From: an uncultured Rickettsiales bacterium
GTDB taxonomy: Bacteria; Pseudomonadota; Alphaproteobacteria; Rickettsiales; UBA8987
DNA: 64,000 nucleotides
Direction: 5' to 3'
Assembly: GCA_964445765.1 (NCBI GenBank)
Contig: CAYULD010000001.1
Span: 516,537-580,536, forward strand
Positions 63,001-64,000 of the stretch are shown here, piece by piece. How positions within the stretch are numbered: position 1 is the stretch's first letter; each line of letters opens with the position of its first letter. A model generated the notes under the pieces. It worked only from the letters and a program-made list of their open reading frames with translations, made no database searches and was not told the DNA's origin. The position numbers and the translations under genes were made by a program.

Positions 63001-64000
63001 ATTGCGTGCCTCCAGGCGTTACACCAACTATCCCTCCTGTATCTATATCATCCTCATCATCCGCCACCACTATATTATCATTCAATATTACCGGCGGATT
63101 ACCAAATCCACAATTAATTGTAACTTCTGCAATATCTTGCTCACCATTATCAGCCAAACCATTCAAGAATTGATTAGGATTATTATTAATATCTTTTGAA
63201 CCATCACTTATATAGCTAAATTTAACTTGCCCCGGTATTGCTCCATTATAAGTAACTACGCCAGTTTCACCATTAATTTCTATTGTCATACCATTTCCTG
63301 TTAGTGTAAAAATATTTACACCATTAACAATAGTAGTATTAACTGTCAAATTAATTGGGGCACCACTTACTACGGTTCCATTATTGTTAACTTGAGGAAT
63401 GAATACAGCGTTAATAACTTCCCTAACATCTACATCATCACCGTCTGTATCAGTGTCATTTATAAGAATATTGCCAACTATTTGTGCTTGACCATTTGCA
63501 ATAGCATTAAGGTTATCATCAAGAGCAGTAACTGAAGTTCCAACAATATACATATTTGCGTCAACAGATTTACTCAATTTACCACCTTGTAAAATCGCTG
63601 CATATTTTAAGCCAAACTTAAATACTTCATCTGCTTTTAATGCTTGTAGCTCAGATTCAACAAGGGTAATTGTTGCATTTTGTGCATCAAAAATAATTGT
63701 GAATTCTTTTCCTTCAAGAGGCTTGAACTGATTTCCTTGAGGAACAGATTCAAGCTTATACTTAAATTGATTAGCTGGTGAGCCCACAGGCTGATATAAT
63801 CTTACTTCAATTCCATCAACAAAGTAAGTTGGATTTCCAGCAACTAATGTGTAACCCTGAACCGGAATGGAAGCATTACCCTTATCAAGTTGGAACATTA
63901 GAGTATTTGGGTTAACCTGAGAAGCATCTTGATCAACATAAGTTAAACCATTTCCATAATATACACCAGATGGTGGGTTTGCATTTCCAGCGTTTAATAT
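57080..64000 (-). CDS. Giant repetitive Ca-binding adhesin-like protein (VCBS/cadherin-like modules plus C-terminal RTX-like repeats); N-terminus outside window
   Basis: The frame stays open upstream of the M at 63898 to the window edge (...ILNAGNANPPSGVYYGNGLTYVDQDASQVNPNTL-MFQLDKG). Repeated ~100-aa modules carry NDxDxDGD motifs (LINDTDTDGDDV, FDNDSDADGDAV, LANDNDPDGDSL, LANDNDPDGGEL). The C-terminus has GNDxxxGGxGxD-type repeats (GNDEVNAGNGDDLTLGD, GNDLLQGGKGDDHVIGD, GNDIIEGGKENDMLTGD). Confidence 0.85.
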   Translation of the reverse strand: MLNAGNANPPSGVYYGNGLTYVDQDASQVNPNTLMFQLDKGNASIPVQGYTLVAGNPTYFVDGIEVRLYQPVGSPANQFKYKLESVPQGNQFKPLEGKEFTIIFDAQNATITLVESELQALKADEVFKFGLKYAAILQGGKLSKSVDANMYIVGTSVTALDDNLNAIANGQAQIVGNILINDTDTDGDDVDVREVINAVFIPQVNNNGTVVSGAPINLTVNTTIVNGVNIFTLTGNGMTIEINGETGVVTYNGAIPGQVKFSYISDGSKDINNNPNQFLNGLADNGEQDIAEVTINCGFGNPPVILNDNIVVADDEDDIDTGGIVGVTPGGTQYADKNEDINNDLTDLRFKFSDVVTNNIPVVYKIVTGSYIVDGMDVTVSPTAVAGVYSYEITSGAYAGRVFELVHNGGQEFAFRTADMQFLNDKEAIEFVLKYNVTDSNGLTSADAKATIGIVGNSNDKGNPPVILNDNIVVADDEDDIDTGGIVGVTPGGTQYADKNEDINNDLTDLRFKFSDVVTNNIPVVYKIVTGSYIVDGMDVTVSPTAVAGVYSYEITSGAYAGRVFELVHNGGQEFAFRTADMQFLNDKEAIEFVLKYNVTDSNGLTSADAKATIGIVGNSNDNPNDPPEVPEKGVTKVRDDEDGIIGVSNDDGDNQGAGKLAFLLPASDPNGDPLIYSAPASVLVVFPDGTTRTIGISVEVINGLGYAVFDPAEFQDLKENESVTFKFDYQVEDPSGASAESDITITIDGVSPVALFDNWTNDIIGAGQTSIKSVFDNDSDADGDAVDQLITVTNAFLDGNAAQVVANPDGTFSFFFDNKEFAILQADGKLKNLGVFNANEFTFAYTADSLPGVATSLGEQASANVVVCLHGGNNPPEVPEKGVTKVRDDEDGIIGVSNDDGDNQGAGKLAFLLPASDPNGDPLIYSAPASVLVVFPDGTTRTIGISVEVINGLGYAVFDPAEFQDLKENESVTFKFDYQVEDPSGASAESDITITIDGVGVVANDDNFTNNEYLIGQSTTSILANDNDPDGDSLEIISVTNASIAGQALAVELVNGAYQLKLGNDLVATVNADGTITRNGGPGGDLKLTYKVDGLPNNLIPNQPNSSGEEDTAEVIVKFYSGPETPFGVTKYADDEDGLKAVNPNDSIGVNGELKFVLPASSNNGPLTYTVPATVTVNGMVYSIINNNDGTINLVTEELQWLSQGQIEAISIDYTVTDVNGVSANGTVLISIHGGIPNATDDLLNIKTTSFGVIGNIITGDNGNGVDIDPDGDALEVIKVENAKFNGNIDLVSVKIPNGSFNLLMNGVVIANVAKDGTVSYNGSAQGTITFSYTVDGKDNGDLVGEQDSANVTIIVEPCGLCTGGKKPPVFSAMDYVDDENAKDNSGLVGDKDDGLNQTLAFEIKVTDPDTALTALKYTINGVNIANNNIPQTLTYNGIAGHPIDLTFSFINGKPHITVDKADVQYLLKDEFADLTIPVLVSDGSSSISTNMKVRILGDNPMANDDNIDVIVGNSGNIGNIVSNDVNDDNDHPLEIIEVSNPKLGAVDLTVVNTNNGFELYNGASLVAVVKTNGDVELQPNLPVTTITFDYKIDGDNPNNLGEQDSGMVTINIKEDTNNNNKPVAQDTTNVEDEDAITSSIVGTWNGNSFTDENDTAQANSLTFKLQATDADNDPLTYSIETGIHSYDGVDVTVELVGGGGGTNSTNGQPVNAVVALYKVTFGANAGIHAGKVFDVTLNQNTGEYSFDKSQFQYLQADQAINIQLRYKASDGKDVSNIALANNIIVGRDINAVDDNIPIFENKITTIQVLANDNDPDGGELFIKNGSITSITIKGPNAINRLSPSIHNATGLTVQQNGDVMIAGNLLPLFLVVAADNKTISFDSEFFKLEPNQTANVEFDYIATDSPNGGMGGEEDSATVTLVVSDNPDDNTTTVGDPSGNPNNPNDDSITLVTEDETENDPEEVSSTSETVTPNKDYEDDIVNGNEDDNIVSGDVKDLTLSVKSGNAYAKANPVTFGGDEFAEANTDAIMSNGEIIFGNDEVNAGNGDDLTLGDVNKLLIKGQQGDATAIVDDGCSAGIATASANVKFENNILNFGNDLLQGGKGDDHVIGDAKEIAIEYSNGTNVTQGDGASVNDDDMWLNNNEFNFGNDIIEGGKENDMLTGDVYKFTVNGQEYFITGDINSVTALQDALDSQGVGNMVNFGNDTFRFNFANGATGDDIITDFGQGDDKIEIQNLNINGQAIDTLAKLQSNSIISQDANGNAVLAIDLNGNGVVDDHSSMTFQGVSEAELIAKLGNDILIFS
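61002..61375. repeat. 374-bp perfect direct repeat, copy 1 (adhesin gene)
   Basis: Identical by eye to 61749-62122. It encodes PPEVPEKGVTKVRDDEDG...ESDITITIDGV. The copies are 747 bp (249 codons) apart. Confidence 0.85.
61749..62122. repeat. 374-bp perfect direct repeat, copy 2 (adhesin gene)
   Basis: Identical by eye to 61002-61375. Confidence 0.85.
62133..63103. repeat. Perfect tandem duplication, 2 x 485 bp at a 486-bp period (162 aa), inside the adhesin gene
   Basis: 62133-62617 and 62619-63103 read identically base for base by eye. The unit encodes GNPPVILNDNIVVADDEDDIDTGG...ATIGIVGNSNDK. Confidence 0.85.

Noticed and set aside
57242-63199. Numerous 60-106-aa ORFs on either strand within the adhesin gene
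   Set aside because: They are frame-shifted or antisense readings of a repetitive, compositionally biased gene. Their products are low-complexity with no independent support.

Overview
AT-rich, gene-dense bacterial chromosome segment with alphaproteobacterial gene content. Assigning it to a Rickettsiales/Holosporales-like endosymbiont is inference from gene order, an rrl-rrf unit with no linked 16S, and palindromic repeats; no database search was possible. Most genes are on the minus strand. In coordinate order: mrdA (3' part), recR, nnr, an rrl-rrf unit with its own candidate promoter, a divergent PfkB-like kinase gene and two hypotheticals, a family-4 UDG, and the F1 ATP synthase operon atpH-atpA-[four-helix-bundle cassette]-atpG-atpD-atpC. 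Then a sugar nucleotidyltransferase, the Fe-S operon iscU-iscA-[I78 gene]-hscB-hscA-fdx (no iscS adjacent), tRNA-Arg(CCU), typA, pssA-lpxB, an RND efflux operon, and uvrC. Then a MoxR-DUF58-DUF4381 / BatA-BatB(TPR)-BatD cluster split by tRNA-fMet and a 1.9-kb islet, putA, a Coq4-like gene, an orphan ABC ATPase with a decayed BrnT/BrnA module, an amidase, dxs, pgk, dsbB-like, rne, and a giant (>2300 aa, 5' end outside the window) VCBS/RTX-type adhesin gene. No CRISPR array, integrase, transposase or recognisable defence system was seen. The main unusual signals are: (1) at least three families of palindromic repeats at operon junctions, one copy inserted in-frame inside dxs; (2) hairpins built from inverted arrays of TAG-containing heptads, some of which supply the stop codons of neighbouring genes; (3) a four-helix-bundle (23S-IVS-protein/Avd-like) gene bracketed by 28-bp inverted repeats between atpA and atpG, with no canonical start codon; (4) a tRNA-fMet duplication scar carrying a divergent threonine-dehydratase-like gene inside the Bat cluster; (5) perfect 485-bp tandem and 374-bp dispersed duplications, with a codon-usage shift, inside the adhesin gene. 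All protein calls rest on motifs read from the supplied translations. RNA ends are approximate to within about 5 nt.
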